A stretch of DNA of 58,750 nt from Halobacteriaceae archaeon (GTDB lineage Archaea > Halobacteriota > Halobacteria > Halobacteriales > Halobacteriaceae), in contig JBDGTS010000005.1 in the NCBI GenBank assembly GCA_042216675.1, positions 1-58,750 on the forward strand, given 5' to 3'. This document shows, piece by piece, positions 1 to 10,186 of this stretch. The translations under genes and the position numbers were made by a program. The number at the start of each line of letters is the position of its first letter. Positions within the stretch are counted from its first letter, which is position 1. The notes below the pieces were generated by a model. The model searched no databases, had not been told where the DNA came from, and saw nothing but the letters and a program-made list of their open reading frames with translations.

Positions 1-929
1 CGGAGGTAGATGCGGAACGTGGAGGTGTGCCCGAGGATGTTCCCGCCGATGGGCTGGGTCGGGTCACCGAAGTAGGAGTCGGGGTTCGACGCCACCTGAT
101 TCGTGACGAGGACGGCCGTGTTGTTCAGGTCGCCCACGCGCATCAGGTCGTGGAGGTGCTTGTTGAGTTTCTGCTGTCGCTCCGCGAGTTCGCCACGACC
201 CACGTACTCCGCGCGGAAGTGTGCGGTGAGCGAGTCGACACAGAGCAGGCGGACCGGGAACTCGTCGTCTTGGGACTCGGCGGCGATGTCCTGTGCCTTC
301 TCCGCGAGGAGAATCTGGTGGTTGGAGTTGAACGCCTTCGCGACGTGAATCTGGTCGAGGAAGGCGTTGACGAGGGCCTCCATCGTCTCCTCGTCGTCGA
401 TGCTCCCCTCGATGCCGCGTTGCTCAAGCGAGGCTTCGAGAATCTCGTCGTCGAGGCCGCGCACCATGTCGTCGATGCGCTCGGGGCGGAACGTGTCCTC
501 GCTGTCGATGAAGATGGCGCTCCCCTCGAGGCCACCGTACTCCGAGGGCAGTTGCACGGTCACCGAAAGCTGGTGTGTCACCTGCGACTTGCCGGCGCCG
601 AACTCGCCGTACACCTCGGTGATGGACTGGGTCTCGACGCCGCCGCCGAGCAGTTCGTCCACCTCCGAAACTCCCCACGTGAGTTTGCCGATCTGCTCGC
701 GGCGTTCGAGGACCGCGGCGCCCGACTCGAAGTCGCCGATGTCGGCGGCCTCGCGCGCGGCCTGAATGATGTCCGCGGCGCTGGACTCGCCCACGTCGGC
801 GGTGTTGGACAGTTCGCCGGGGCTGGCGACGGCGAGGCTCTGATAGTTGTCGAAGCCGTTGTCCCGGAGTTTCTCGGCCGTGGCGGGGCCGACGCCGGGG
901 AGGTCTTGGAGGTCTGCTTCCGTTGACAT
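1..929 (-). CDS. radA: DNA repair and recombination protein RadA (3' end outside the window)
   Basis: Manual translation from ATG 929: [21 protein letters not shown] (HhH), Walker [57 protein letters not shown]. Absent from the ORF track because the stop lies outside the window. Confidence 0.97.
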   Translation of the reverse strand, partial: MSTEADLQDLPGVGPATAEKLRDNGFDNYQSLAVASPGELSNTADVGESSAADIIQAAREAADIGDFESGAAVLERREQIGKLTWGVSEVDELLGGGVETQSITEVYGEFGAGKSQVTHQLSVTVQLPSEYGGLEGSAIFIDSEDTFRPERIDDMVRGLDDEILEASLEQRGIEGSIDDEETMEALVNAFLDQIHVAKAFNSNHQILLAEKAQDIAAESQDDEFPVRLLCVDSLTAHFRAEYVGRGELAERQQKLNKHLHDLMRVGDLNNTAVLVTNQVASNPDSYFGDPTQPIGGNILGHTSTFRIYL

Positions 930-1039
930 CGTACCCCCCCATTCTGCGTCCCCGCACATAAACCCTCGTCAACACCGGGGTAAAAGTGAAACTGCGCGGG
1001 TCCGGGGCGCTTTTAGGCGCGAACGCCCTTTGCTTCGGT

Positions 1040-2143
1040 ATGTCGGAGACGCGGGGCTTCTGTCCCAACTGCGGCGACCCGGTCGCGGCCGACCCCGACG
1101 ACCGGGAACTCGGCGGGCGGCGCGAGCGGTCGCTCTGTGACGCCTGTTACTTCGACCGCTTCGACCTCGTGGACGCGCCGGAGCGAGTCGAGGTCCGGGT
1201 CTGTGGCGTCTGTGGTGCCGTCCACCGGGGTAACCGCTGGGTGGACGTGGGCGCGCGGGACTACACGGACGTGGCCATCGACGCCGTCACCGAGGCTCTC
1301 GGGGTCCACGTCGGCGCCGAAGACGTGCGCTGGGAGGTCGACCCCGAGCAGGTCGACGCGACGACCATCCGGATGCACGCGCACTTCAGCGGCGTCGTGC
1401 GTGACACGCACCTCTCGGAGTCCGTGACGGTGCCGGTCAAGATTTCGACGGAGACCTGCTCGCGGTGTGGCCGCATCGCCGGCGACTACTACGCCAGCAC
1501 CGTTCAGGTCCGGGCGCTCGACCGCACGCCCACCGACGAGGAGACCCAGCGGGCGCGCGAAATCGCCGAGGACGTGGTGTCGGCGATGGAGGAGACGGGC
1601 GACCGGAACGCCTTCGTCACCGAGGTCACCGAGCGACCGGAGGGGCTGGACCTGAAGGTCTCGACCAATAAAATCGGGAAGAACGTCGCCAACAAGCTAG
1701 TCGAGGAGTTCGGCGGCACCGTCTCTGACTCGGAGACGCTCGTCACCGAGGACGAGGACGGCAACGGCGTCTACCGGGTCACCTTCGCCGTTCGCCTCCC
1801 GCCGTACCGCCCGGGCACGGTCATCGACCCCGAGGACGGGGACGGCCCGGTGCTGGTCCGGAGCGCGCAGGGCAACCTCAAGGGCGTCCGCCTCGCCACG
1901 GGCGACCCCTACGAGGCGGCCTTCGAGGACGGTGCCGCGCCCGAGGCCCGCCGCCTCGGCGCCCGCGAGGACGCCGCGGAGACGACGCTGGTGGCAGTCG
2001 AGGACGACCACGCCGTGCAGGTGCTGGACCCGGAGACGTACGAGTCGAAGACGGTGCCCCGTCCCTCGTATCTCGACGCCGACGCCGACACCGTCCCCGT
2101 CCTCCGGAGCCGCGCCGGCCTCCACGTCCTTCCGGATGAGTGA
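1040..2143 (+). CDS. nmd3: NMD3-family ribosome biogenesis protein
   Basis: Four CxxC pairs (CPNC, CDAC, CGVC, CSRC) and GDYYASTVQVR. ATG 1040 preferred over GTG 986. Confidence 0.9.
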   Translation: MSETRGFCPNCGDPVAADPDDRELGGRRERSLCDACYFDRFDLVDAPERVEVRVCGVCGAVHRGNRWVDVGARDYTDVAIDAVTEALGVHVGAEDVRWEVDPEQVDATTIRMHAHFSGVVRDTHLSESVTVPVKISTETCSRCGRIAGDYYASTVQVRALDRTPTDEETQRAREIAEDVVSAMEETGDRNAFVTEVTERPEGLDLKVSTNKIGKNVANKLVEEFGGTVSDSETLVTEDEDGNGVYRVTFAVRLPPYRPGTVIDPEDGDGPVLVRSAQGNLKGVRLATGDPYEAAFEDGAAPEARRLGAREDAAETTLVAVEDDHAVQVLDPETYESKTVPRPSYLDADADTVPVLRSRAGLHVLPDE

Positions 2144-3146
2144 CCGCCTCGCGCTCTGCCGGAAACCCGACGCCGAGCGAGTCATCGAACTCGCCCGCCG
2201 GCGTGGCGTCTACGACGACGGTCGTCGTGTGCGCGAACACGACGCGGAGACTGTCGCCGTCCCCGTCACCGCGTCACTCGACGGCGTGCCCGTCCTCGAC
2301 ACCGTGCCCGACGCCGACCCGGAGCGCCGCCGACGTGGCCTGTCGGACCTGCTCCGTGCGCGAGGCCTCTCCGCGGCCGAAATCGAGCGCGCGCCCGCCT
2401 CGTGGGCCGTCGTCGGCGCACTCGTTCTCGCCGACTTCGGGGACTGTGAGCGCCGCGCGACGGTCGGCGAGGCCCTTCTCGAACTGCACGGGGAGGCACA
2501 CACCGTCCTCGACAGGTGCGGTATCGCTGGCGAGCACCGCGAACCCGACGTGCGCGTCGTCGCGGGCCGCGGCGACACCGAGACGGTCCACGTCGAACAC
2601 GGCACGGCGTACGCACTGGACCTCGCGGACGTGATGTTCTCGCCCGGCAACGAAGCCGAGCGGGTTCGGACCGGCAGGGCCGTCGCGTCCGGCGAGACGG
2701 TCCTCGACATGTTCGCCGGCGTCGGCTACTTCACGCTCCCCGTCGCTCGGGCCGGCGCATCGGTGCTGGCGGTGGAGCGCAACCCCGCCGCCTTCCGTCA
2801 TCTCGTCGAGAACACCCGCCGGAACGGTGTCGCCGACCGGGTGCGTCCGGTTCTCGCGGACTGCCGGGACGTGGTGGCGCGCCGCGACGTGGCCGCCGAC
2901 CGAGTGCTGATGGGCCACTACGACGCCGAGTCGTACGTCGACGCGGCGCTCTCGGCCCTCGCGCCCGGCGGCACGGTCCACCTGCACGCGACGACGCCCG
3001 CCGCCGACCCCTTCGCGCGGCCGGTGGCCCGCCTCCGCGCCACTGCGGGGGACCGCGCCGTGACGGTGCGGGACCGGCGCGTCGTCAAAAGCTACAGCCC
3101 CGGCGTCGACCACGTCGTCGTCGAGGCGTCGGTTTCGGGCCGTTAA
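2136..3146 (+). CDS. Class I SAM-dependent tRNA-modifying enzyme, Met-10+/Trm5/Taw2 family (Taw2-like)
   Basis: VMFSPGNEAER, VLDMFAGVGYFTLP, RVLMGH and VKSYSPGVDHVV motifs; ATG 2136 overlaps the nmd3 end. Confidence 0.82.
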   Translation: MSDRLALCRKPDAERVIELARRRGVYDDGRRVREHDAETVAVPVTASLDGVPVLDTVPDADPERRRRGLSDLLRARGLSAAEIERAPASWAVVGALVLADFGDCERRATVGEALLELHGEAHTVLDRCGIAGEHREPDVRVVAGRGDTETVHVEHGTAYALDLADVMFSPGNEAERVRTGRAVASGETVLDMFAGVGYFTLPVARAGASVLAVERNPAAFRHLVENTRRNGVADRVRPVLADCRDVVARRDVAADRVLMGHYDAESYVDAALSALAPGGTVHLHATTPAADPFARPVARLRATAGDRAVTVRDRRVVKSYSPGVDHVVVEASVSGR

Positions 3147-3322
3147 CGGGCCGTTAAGCGGCTTCGGCCGCGCGGGAATCGCACCGTTCAGCGGTGCGCG
3201 CGGTGGATTCGCCCACCCCGGCTCGTGGCACCACGTCACACTGGGGCCGATATATTCGCGGCGCCTGATGTGTCATTAATCGCTACTTACTGATTGTCCA
3301 TCCCGTCGTGGCATCTATCACG

Positions 3323-3943
3323 ATGCAACGCCAGCAAGACGACTATCCGACCACCGAGGATTCGGATCTCGACTGGGTCGACGTCGGCGGGGACGACGCG
3401 TGGCTGCCGGGTCGGCGGACAGTCCTCGTCGCCGTCGTCGCCGTACTGCTCGTGACCACCGCCGCGCCGCTGTTCGCGGGGAGCGCCGCCGCGCTGACGT
3501 TCACCGCCTCGGACGTGTCCGTCGTCTCGAACAACGGCCATCTGGAGTCGCTGACCGTGGCCCCGGAGGGCACGGTGCAGTACGACGGCCTCGAGAGCGA
3601 ACCGGCCAGCGTCGACATCACCGTGCAGGTCAAGAAGGGGTCCTCGTGGGAGACGGTGGCCACGAAGTCGGTGTCCGCGAGCGGTCTCGAAGGCACCGTC
3701 GACTACGACATCGCGGAAATCGACCTGCTGACGGTCCTCGACAAGTCCACGTTCCACGCCGTGCCCGGCTCCACCACGGAGACGACGGTGGAGATGCGGA
3801 TGCGGGCGTCGCTCGTCGGGGCCGGCCCGAACGGGGACGACGTCCGCGTGACCGGGAGTGACAGCTTCACCGTGACCGTCGAGAACGAGAAGCACGGCGG
3901 GAGCATGGGCGGCGCGGCGAACACCAACGCGACCGGAAAATGA
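3323..3943 (+). CDS. Secreted beta-rich hypothetical protein with a possible Tat-type signal
   Basis: RRTVL followed by a hydrophobic helix and GSAAA cleavage-like site; mature part is S/T/V-rich; typical codon usage. Confidence 0.7.
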   Translation: MQRQQDDYPTTEDSDLDWVDVGGDDAWLPGRRTVLVAVVAVLLVTTAAPLFAGSAAALTFTASDVSVVSNNGHLESLTVAPEGTVQYDGLESEPASVDITVQVKKGSSWETVATKSVSASGLEGTVDYDIAEIDLLTVLDKSTFHAVPGSTTETTVEMRMRASLVGAGPNGDDVRVTGSDSFTVTVENEKHGGSMGGAANTNATGK

Positions 3944-4419
3944 CTGCACTCATCAGCGAGGGGCGACCCGCACCGGCGTTCTGTCTCCCGGGCGTGAACG
4001 GTGCCCGCGCGCGCCTCTACCGACTTCGGGACTGCGTCGCCGACGGGCCGGTCCTGCTCGCCTTCGTCCCCGGCGCGGGCGGCCCGTGTTCGCCGACGGC
4101 GGTCGCGGACGCGCTCTCGTGGTTCGCGCTCATCGACGGCGTGACGGCCCTCGTCGTCGCGGACGACCACTACACCGTCCATCGCCGCGAGGGAAGTCAC
4201 CGAACCGGCGCGGCCCCGATTCTCGGCGACGAGGACGCCAGCGTCGGCGCGGTGTACGGCGTCCGGTACGGGGAGGGCGGCGTCGCCGTCTACCTCGTCG
4301 ACGGGAGCCGAACCGTGCGGGGCCGCTGGCGTGCCCCGGACTTCGACGGACTGGACCTGACGGCGCTGAAGGACGCTGCGAAGCGAACCGCGACCCCGGC
4401 TACGGAGACCCATCCATGA
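3940..4419 (+). CDS. Redoxin/AhpC-TSA fold protein with a degenerate active site
   Basis: APAFCLPG, GPVLLAFVP, ILGDEDASVGAVYGV and AVYLVDGSRTVR match the peroxiredoxin-like scaffold; ATGA overlap with the upstream gene. Confidence 0.7.
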   Translation: MTALISEGRPAPAFCLPGVNGARARLYRLRDCVADGPVLLAFVPGAGGPCSPTAVADALSWFALIDGVTALVVADDHYTVHRREGSHRTGAAPILGDEDASVGAVYGVRYGEGGVAVYLVDGSRTVRGRWRAPDFDGLDLTALKDAAKRTATPATETHP

Positions 4420-5507
4420 GCATCGACAGCATCGACGACGTCGAACTCGAACAGGACGACCTCACGGTCGAGAAGACGGCGCGACCGGCGGGCGACGTGA
4501 CGCACGTCGTCTTCACGCTCACGTCGCACGGTGACGACCCGCTCTCGGTCCGCCTCGTCGACGACGTGCCGGACGCGGCGCCCGAGAGCGAGGTTGGGCT
4601 TCACCCCGACCACCGGACGTACTGGACCGCCTCGGACGCCTCGCTGGTGTTCGAGCGCACCCTCGACCCCGGCGCCGAGTTCACGACGCTGTACGGCGTC
4701 AACTCCACGGACCCCGAGGTGGTGGCCGACTTCTTCGCCGTGCCCGAGGTGACCGTCGACCCGGCCGCGCCGGCCAAGAGCGACGGTGGCGAGGTCCGTG
4801 ACGGCCGGCGGCCCGCGATGGCCGACATCGTGGCCGCCGTGGAGGACGCCGACGAGGACGAGCGTGCGGCCCTCCGTCGCGCACTCGGCGAGGGCGACGC
4901 CTCGGGAAGCGTCGACGCCCGCATTCGACACCTCCAGAACGAGGTGGCCGACCTCTCGGCGTACCGCGAGGCCCTCGCTGAGTTCCTCGACGAGAACGGC
5001 GGCGCGGCCGCGGCCATCGCGGAGTTCGAGGAGGACGTGGACGCCCTGCGCGACGACGTGGCGGAAATCGAGGGGACAGTCGCGGACCGGGCGACCCGCC
5101 TCGACGAACTGGAGGCGACGCTCGGCGAGGTGCGCGCGTCCCTCGACGCCCTCGAATCCGAAGTCGAGGCCGGCCGCGCGTGGCGCGAGGGCATCGTCAA
5201 CGCCGCGACGCTCTATCCGCGGTCCGCCGACGACGGGGACGAACCGACGCGGCCCGACCCGCCGACGGGCGCCGACCCGCCGGACGTGACGGGTGACGAG
5301 GCGGCTGCGGCAGACGGCGAGGCGGACGCAGAGGGCGACGAGACGGACGAGGACGAAGACCCGGCAGACGACGCCGACGACGCCTTCGCCCCCGCCGATC
5401 CGGAGGACGACCCGTTGGGCGGCGTCGGCACGTCGATGGACGAGGCAAAGCAAGAGGAGGCGCCCGAGGCCGATTCCGACGACCCGTTCGAGAACGTCGA
5501 GGAGTGA
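4416..5507 (+). CDS. Hypothetical acidic protein: N-terminal beta domain, coiled coil, disordered acidic tail
   Basis: ATG 4416 in an ATGA overlap; heptad region SVDARIRHLQNEVADL...LDALESEV; D/E-rich C-terminus. Confidence 0.8.
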   Translation: MSIDSIDDVELEQDDLTVEKTARPAGDVTHVVFTLTSHGDDPLSVRLVDDVPDAAPESEVGLHPDHRTYWTASDASLVFERTLDPGAEFTTLYGVNSTDPEVVADFFAVPEVTVDPAAPAKSDGGEVRDGRRPAMADIVAAVEDADEDERAALRRALGEGDASGSVDARIRHLQNEVADLSAYREALAEFLDENGGAAAAIAEFEEDVDALRDDVAEIEGTVADRATRLDELEATLGEVRASLDALESEVEAGRAWREGIVNAATLYPRSADDGDEPTRPDPPTGADPPDVTGDEAAAADGEADAEGDETDEDEDPADDADDAFAPADPEDDPLGGVGTSMDEAKQEEAPEADSDDPFENVEE

Positions 5508-7253
5508 CTACTCGGGGTCCCACACGTCCGCCAGCGGCGACTGCTCGTCGTCGCCGCCGTCGCGGTCCGCGGCCGTCGTCCGCGGTTCCGCCCGCGTCGC
5601 CACCGCTCTGCCGTCCATCCCCGCGACCGCTCGGTCCGGGTCCGCCGGTGGGAGGTCCGGGGCCGTCATCGCATCGACCTGTTCGGCGAACCACGGCGGC
5701 ATCGACGCCGCCGCGCGGTCGAACAGGTCCAACACGCTCTCGTCGGCGACGTAGGTGGCGCCGAAGTCGTCGGGGGCGCGCACCACGCGCCCGCAGGCTT
5801 GAATCACGGTCCTGAGCGCCTGCCGGTAGTACCACGCCCACTGGTCGTCTTCGAGGCGCCGCGCGACGCGGGTGTCGCTCGTGTTCGGGTACGGCGCCTT
5901 GCAGAGCAGCTGCCAGCGGGCCTTCTCGCCCTCCAAGTCCAGCGCCTCCTCCATCTTCACGGAGAGAAACACCTCCGGCCGGTCGGCGTCCAGAAACGAC
6001 GCCAACTGGGCGTCCCTGTCGTCGCTATCGTGGGTGCGCACCCTGTCCGCGACGCCGTGCCCCTCCAGTTCGGCGAGCAGGCGCGACTGGATGTCGTAGG
6101 AGTGAGCGTGGACGATGCCCTTCTCGTCGGGGTGTTTCGCCATCAGGCGCACCAGCGTCTCGCCCACCGCCGGCACCGTCCGGTCGCGCTCCTCGTAGGT
6201 CATCTTCCCCTGTGTCACGTCGTAGAGCGGGCGGTTTTCGAGGGGGAACGTGTGCTCGACGTCCACGAGGGCCACGTTCGACGGGTCGAGACCGACGGTG
6301 CGGCAGAACGCCGCCTTGTCGAGGATGGTGGCCGACAGGAGCGCGAACGTCCGGCCCCGGTCCCAGACGGTGTGATGCAGGTAGCGCCCGGGGTCCATCG
6401 GCTTCATCGTCAGGGTGCCGTCGTCGGCTTGGTCCACCACCCACGTCGTGTCGCTGTGGGGGTCCCGGTAGTCCTCGACGAACCAGTTCAGGTCGCTTTT
6501 GAGGTCCGTCAGCCGGTCCCGGCGCGCCGCCTCGTCGGGCGTGAGTTCCTCCCGTGCGGTCAGTTCGTCCGTCGCCCGTTCACAGGCGTCGACGACGTTC
6601 TCCGCGAAGCGCGCGGCGCGGTCCGGGCCGTCCACCTCGGGCACCCGCAGGTCGTCCCAGATCGGCGCCGTCCGCGGGCCGAGTTCGACGGTGGCGTACA
6701 TCTCCGCCCACTCCGCGAGGCCGTGGGCCTCGTCCACGACCACCACGTCGCGCATCCCGAACACCTCCGACCCGGCGGTGTTCATGAAGTAGGCGAGCGT
6801 CGTCGCCGCGAACTCGCGGGACGCCGCGACGGCCCGGTCGGAGAAGTACGGACAGCGGTGTTTCACCGAGCAGTCGAAGCCCCGTTCGCGCACGCAGGGC
6901 GCTTGGTCGACCGGCGTGTCCTCCTCGCCGGCGAGGATGCAGGTGTAGTTGTTCTTCCCGCGGATTATCTGCAGGTCGTCGAGCAACGGGTCCGCGGCCA
7001 CGTCCTCCAGTTGCGAGACCTGCGGCGTCGTGTAGTAGGCCCCCGTCGGTTGCTTGGGTTCGGCTTCGTCGATGCGGCGGGCACAGCCCATGACCGCTCG
7101 CGCCAGCAGGGACTTCCCGCTCCCGGTGGGCGCGCGCACCAACACCACGTCGTTGTCCGCGGCGAAGGCCGCTTGAATCCGGTCGAGCGCGTCACGCTGG
7201 GTCCCTCGATAGGACGGCGCCGGGAACTCCTCGTGGATGCGCTCGGGTATCAC
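5508..7253 (-). CDS. ATP-dependent DNA helicase, XPD/Rad3/DinG family
   Basis: Walker A APTGSGKS, DEAH box, SAT motif III, QACGRVVR motif VI and four Cys of a likely Fe-S cluster. Confidence 0.92.
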   Translation of the reverse strand: MIPERIHEEFPAPSYRGTQRDALDRIQAAFAADNDVVLVRAPTGSGKSLLARAVMGCARRIDEAEPKQPTGAYYTTPQVSQLEDVAADPLLDDLQIIRGKNNYTCILAGEEDTPVDQAPCVRERGFDCSVKHRCPYFSDRAVAASREFAATTLAYFMNTAGSEVFGMRDVVVVDEAHGLAEWAEMYATVELGPRTAPIWDDLRVPEVDGPDRAARFAENVVDACERATDELTAREELTPDEAARRDRLTDLKSDLNWFVEDYRDPHSDTTWVVDQADDGTLTMKPMDPGRYLHHTVWDRGRTFALLSATILDKAAFCRTVGLDPSNVALVDVEHTFPLENRPLYDVTQGKMTYEERDRTVPAVGETLVRLMAKHPDEKGIVHAHSYDIQSRLLAELEGHGVADRVRTHDSDDRDAQLASFLDADRPEVFLSVKMEEALDLEGEKARWQLLCKAPYPNTSDTRVARRLEDDQWAWYYRQALRTVIQACGRVVRAPDDFGATYVADESVLDLFDRAAASMPPWFAEQVDAMTAPDLPPADPDRAVAGMDGRAVATRAEPRTTAADRDGGDDEQSPLADVWDPE

Positions 7254-7290
7254 GTGGGTCGAAAGTCGCCCCCGGACCTAAAGCACGTCG

Positions 7291-7494
7291 CTAGAGGGCG
7301 CCGACGTCTTCGGCCGTCGGCTCCCTGTCGTCGGGGAGTTCCTCGATGCAGTCGAAACAGAGGAAGTGCTCGCTCCCGTCCGCAAGTTCGAGGATGAGGC
7401 CGTCGCTCGACCCGCTTCGGAAGGACCAGAGGTCGGCGATGCCGCCGCCGATGGCCACCTCCGCGCCACAGCCGTCACACACGTCGCCGCTCAT
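7291..7494 (-). CDS. Small zinc-finger-like protein
   Basis: CDGCG and CFDC pairs; acidic 67-aa protein. Confidence 0.8.
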   Translation of the reverse strand: MSGDVCDGCGAEVAIGGGIADLWSFRSGSSDGLILELADGSEHFLCFDCIEELPDDREPTAEDVGAL

Positions 7495-7563
7495 GTCGTC
7501 TCGTTAGGTGTCGGGGCCTAAGAGTCCCCCGCCCTTTTGGGTCGTGCCACCGTTGCGCACGGT

Positions 7564-8418
7564 ATGGAGGTGAACTGCGAGGGCTGTGCCGGCTGTTGTG
7601 CCGACTGGCGCTCACTCGCCGATGGCGACGTGGACGGCGCCCGGCGCGGCGACTACCGGCCGCTGGACGACGTGTACCGCCTCGTCGCGCTCTCCCGCGA
7701 CGACGTGCGGGCGCTCCTCGACGCGGACCTCGGCGACGCGATGCGGCCCCGTCTGTTCACTGCCGACGAGGGCGTCACCGTCGACGGACACACTCTCGCC
7801 GCCGTCAGCGGCCGCCCCGTCTTTCTCGTCGGCCTGCGAAAGCCACCGAAGCCGATTGCCCCGGTGGACGCCGACGAGGCGTCGTGGCTCCCGGCCTGCG
7901 TCTTTCTGGACCCCGAGACGCTCCAGTGTCGCGTCCACGAGGACGACGTGTACCCCAGCGAGTGCGGCGCGTTCCCGGGGCACAACCTCGCGCTGGACGT
8001 GGAGACGGAGTGCGAGCGCGTCGAACGCGAACGCGGCGGCGAGCGACTGCTGGACGACGACCCGCCCGACTCGCTCGACGCCCTGCGGTTGGGACCGGAC
8101 GCCGTCGGAAGCAAGGTGTTCTGCTATCCGGACCCCGACGCTCTCGCCGGCGTCGTCGACCGCCTCGTCGCCGGCGACCTCACCGACGACGACAGGGCGC
8201 GCTTCGTCGGCGCTGCGGCCGCCAGCGCCCCCGGCACGGCCGCGGTGAACCGCGAGCGAATGGCCGAGGCCCGCGACCGCGCCCGGGCGGCCGACTCGTG
8301 GGTCGGCCGCGCCGCCGCGGACTGGGGCGACCGCAGGGGCGCCGACCCGGACCCCTCGCTGGGCGCCGCCGTCGAGGACGCCCGGGGCGCACCCCCCACG
8401 CCCGGCTGGAACGACTAA
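7564..8418 (+). CDS. YkgJ-family cysteine-cluster protein
   Basis: MEVNCEGCAGCC, CVFLDPETLQCRVH and YPSECGAFP. Confidence 0.85.
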   Translation: MEVNCEGCAGCCADWRSLADGDVDGARRGDYRPLDDVYRLVALSRDDVRALLDADLGDAMRPRLFTADEGVTVDGHTLAAVSGRPVFLVGLRKPPKPIAPVDADEASWLPACVFLDPETLQCRVHEDDVYPSECGAFPGHNLALDVETECERVERERGGERLLDDDPPDSLDALRLGPDAVGSKVFCYPDPDALAGVVDRLVAGDLTDDDRARFVGAAAASAPGTAAVNRERMAEARDRARAADSWVGRAAADWGDRRGADPDPSLGAAVEDARGAPPTPGWND

Positions 8419-8442
8419 GGGGATGGCCGTCCTCGTCGGCGT

Positions 8443-9327
8443 GTGAACGTACTCGTCACCGGCGCGACTGGCTTCGTCGGGGGGCGCCTCGTGCCCGCAC
8501 TCCTCGACGCCGGCCACGAGGTCCGGGCGCTCGTCCGGGACCCCGACCGCTACGACGCGCCCGACGGCGTCGAGGTGGCCACGGGCGACTTGGCCGACCT
8601 CGACAGCGTCGCGGACGCCTTCGAGGACGTCGACGCGGCGTACTACCTCGTCCACTCGATGCAGGTCGGACGGGACTTCGCGGCGCGGGACCGCCTCCTC
8701 GCGCGCCACTTCGCCACCGCCGCCGAGCGGGCGGGCGTCGACCGCGTGGTCTACCTCGGTGGCCTCGGCGTCGAGGGGTCGGACCTCTCGCCGCACCTTC
8801 GCTCGCGCCGCGAGGTGGAGTTCGTCCTCGGCGACGGCGACTACGACCTGACGACGCTCCGGGCCGCCGTCGTCGTCGGCGCCGGGAGCGCGAGTTTCCG
8901 CCTCGTCCGGCAACTCGCGGACCGCCTCCCGGTGATGATCACGCCGAAGTGGGTCCAGACGCCGTGTCAGCCCATCTACGTCGCGGACGTGGTGGCCTAC
9001 CTCGTCGGCGTCCTCGACCACCCCGAGACGGCGGGCGAGACGTACGAAATCGGCGGGCCGGAGGTGCTGACCTACGGCGAGATGCTGGAGCGGACGGCCG
9101 AACAGATGGGGAACCGGGTGACGCTCCTGCCCGTGCCCGTCCTCACGCCGCGGCTCTCGGCCTACTGGGTCGATCTGGTGACGGACGTGGACCGCTCGCT
9201 GGCTCACGCGCTCATCGAGGGTCTGCGGAACCCCGTCGTCGCCGACGACGACCCGATTCGGGAGGTGCTTTCGGTGCCCCTGACGCCCTTCGACGAGGGC
9301 GTGCGGCGGGCGCTGGAGGAGGCCTGA
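8443..9327 (+). CDS. NAD(P)-binding atypical SDR / epimerase-family protein
   Basis: VLVTGATGFVG Rossmann motif, AAYYLVHSM, YEIGGPEVLTY. Confidence 0.9.
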   Translation: MNVLVTGATGFVGGRLVPALLDAGHEVRALVRDPDRYDAPDGVEVATGDLADLDSVADAFEDVDAAYYLVHSMQVGRDFAARDRLLARHFATAAERAGVDRVVYLGGLGVEGSDLSPHLRSRREVEFVLGDGDYDLTTLRAAVVVGAGSASFRLVRQLADRLPVMITPKWVQTPCQPIYVADVVAYLVGVLDHPETAGETYEIGGPEVLTYGEMLERTAEQMGNRVTLLPVPVLTPRLSAYWVDLVTDVDRSLAHALIEGLRNPVVADDDPIREVLSVPLTPFDEGVRRALEEA

Positions 9328-10016
9328 TGGCCCGGCCCGAGTACGGCGAGACGTGGGTGTACGAGAGCATCGTCGGCGCGCTTCCGGGCGTGGACCTGTC
9401 GCCGCGGGCGGCCGTCCTCGTCCAGTTCGTGCTGTTCGAGGGGGCGGTCCTCGCTCTCGCCGCCGCGTACGGCCGGTGGGACGCCGTCGTCCCGGGGACC
9501 GCCGCCGTCCTCGTCGCGACGGCCGGGAGCGCGTTCATGCTCACCGTCGCGGGCCGCCTCCGGACCGTCTCGCTCCCCGACCAGTACGTCCGCACGCTGT
9601 TCGGGTCGAGCGTCGAGGTGGTCCTCGGACTGCTGGCCTACGTGGCGCTCTTGACCTACCTGTTCGTCGTGGACCCGCGCGCCGCGCCCGTCTTGCTCCC
9701 CTCGCTTCTGGGCGACCCGCTCCCGGTGCCGGCGGTGTATCTGGCGCTGTTGGTGTGCTGGGACCTCTGCTACCGCATCGGAACGGCGTGGTGGGCGGCG
9801 GTGGTGGCGGCGTGGCGGAGTTTCAGTCTCGACTTCGACGCGGATGCGGCCGCGTCGCTCCGCGCGGCGGACCGCGACACGGCCCTGTTCGCGGCGCTCC
9901 AGTTGCTCCTCCTCCCGGCGGTGCTGGACCACCCGCTGTTGGCGGTGGCGCTCGTCGGCCACGTCTGTGCGACGTTCGGTGCCGTCGGCCTGTCGCTGTG
10001 GGGCCTCAGAAGTTAG
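9327..10016 (+). CDS. Conserved haloarchaeal membrane protein
   Basis: ATG 9327 overlaps the upstream TGA; YGETWVYESIVGALPG start and about six hydrophobic segments. Confidence 0.82.
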   Translation: MARPEYGETWVYESIVGALPGVDLSPRAAVLVQFVLFEGAVLALAAAYGRWDAVVPGTAAVLVATAGSAFMLTVAGRLRTVSLPDQYVRTLFGSSVEVVLGLLAYVALLTYLFVVDPRAAPVLLPSLLGDPLPVPAVYLALLVCWDLCYRIGTAWWAAVVAAWRSFSLDFDADAAASLRAADRDTALFAALQLLLLPAVLDHPLLAVALVGHVCATFGAVGLSLWGLRS

Positions 10017-10186
10017 TCGGACTGCAACTGTTTGAACTGGTCGAGCAGTTCGTCCGCGGACTCGCCCGCGTCGTACTCGACGGAGCCTTTGTAGGTCGTG
10101 CGCTCGTCGTCCTCGCTGATGTCGACGGTGTTGTTCTTCCGCTCACGCCGCTCGTGCTCGTCTTCGTCGTAGGCTCCCAGTGACAT
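10013..10186 (-). CDS. Small acidic protein (DUF5786-like)
   Basis: 57-aa MSLGAYDEDEHERRE...ELLDQFKQLQSD; C-terminal part of the 10013..11416 ORF. Confidence 0.78.
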   Translation of the reverse strand: MSLGAYDEDEHERRERKNNTVDISEDDERTTYKGSVEYDAGESADELLDQFKQLQSD

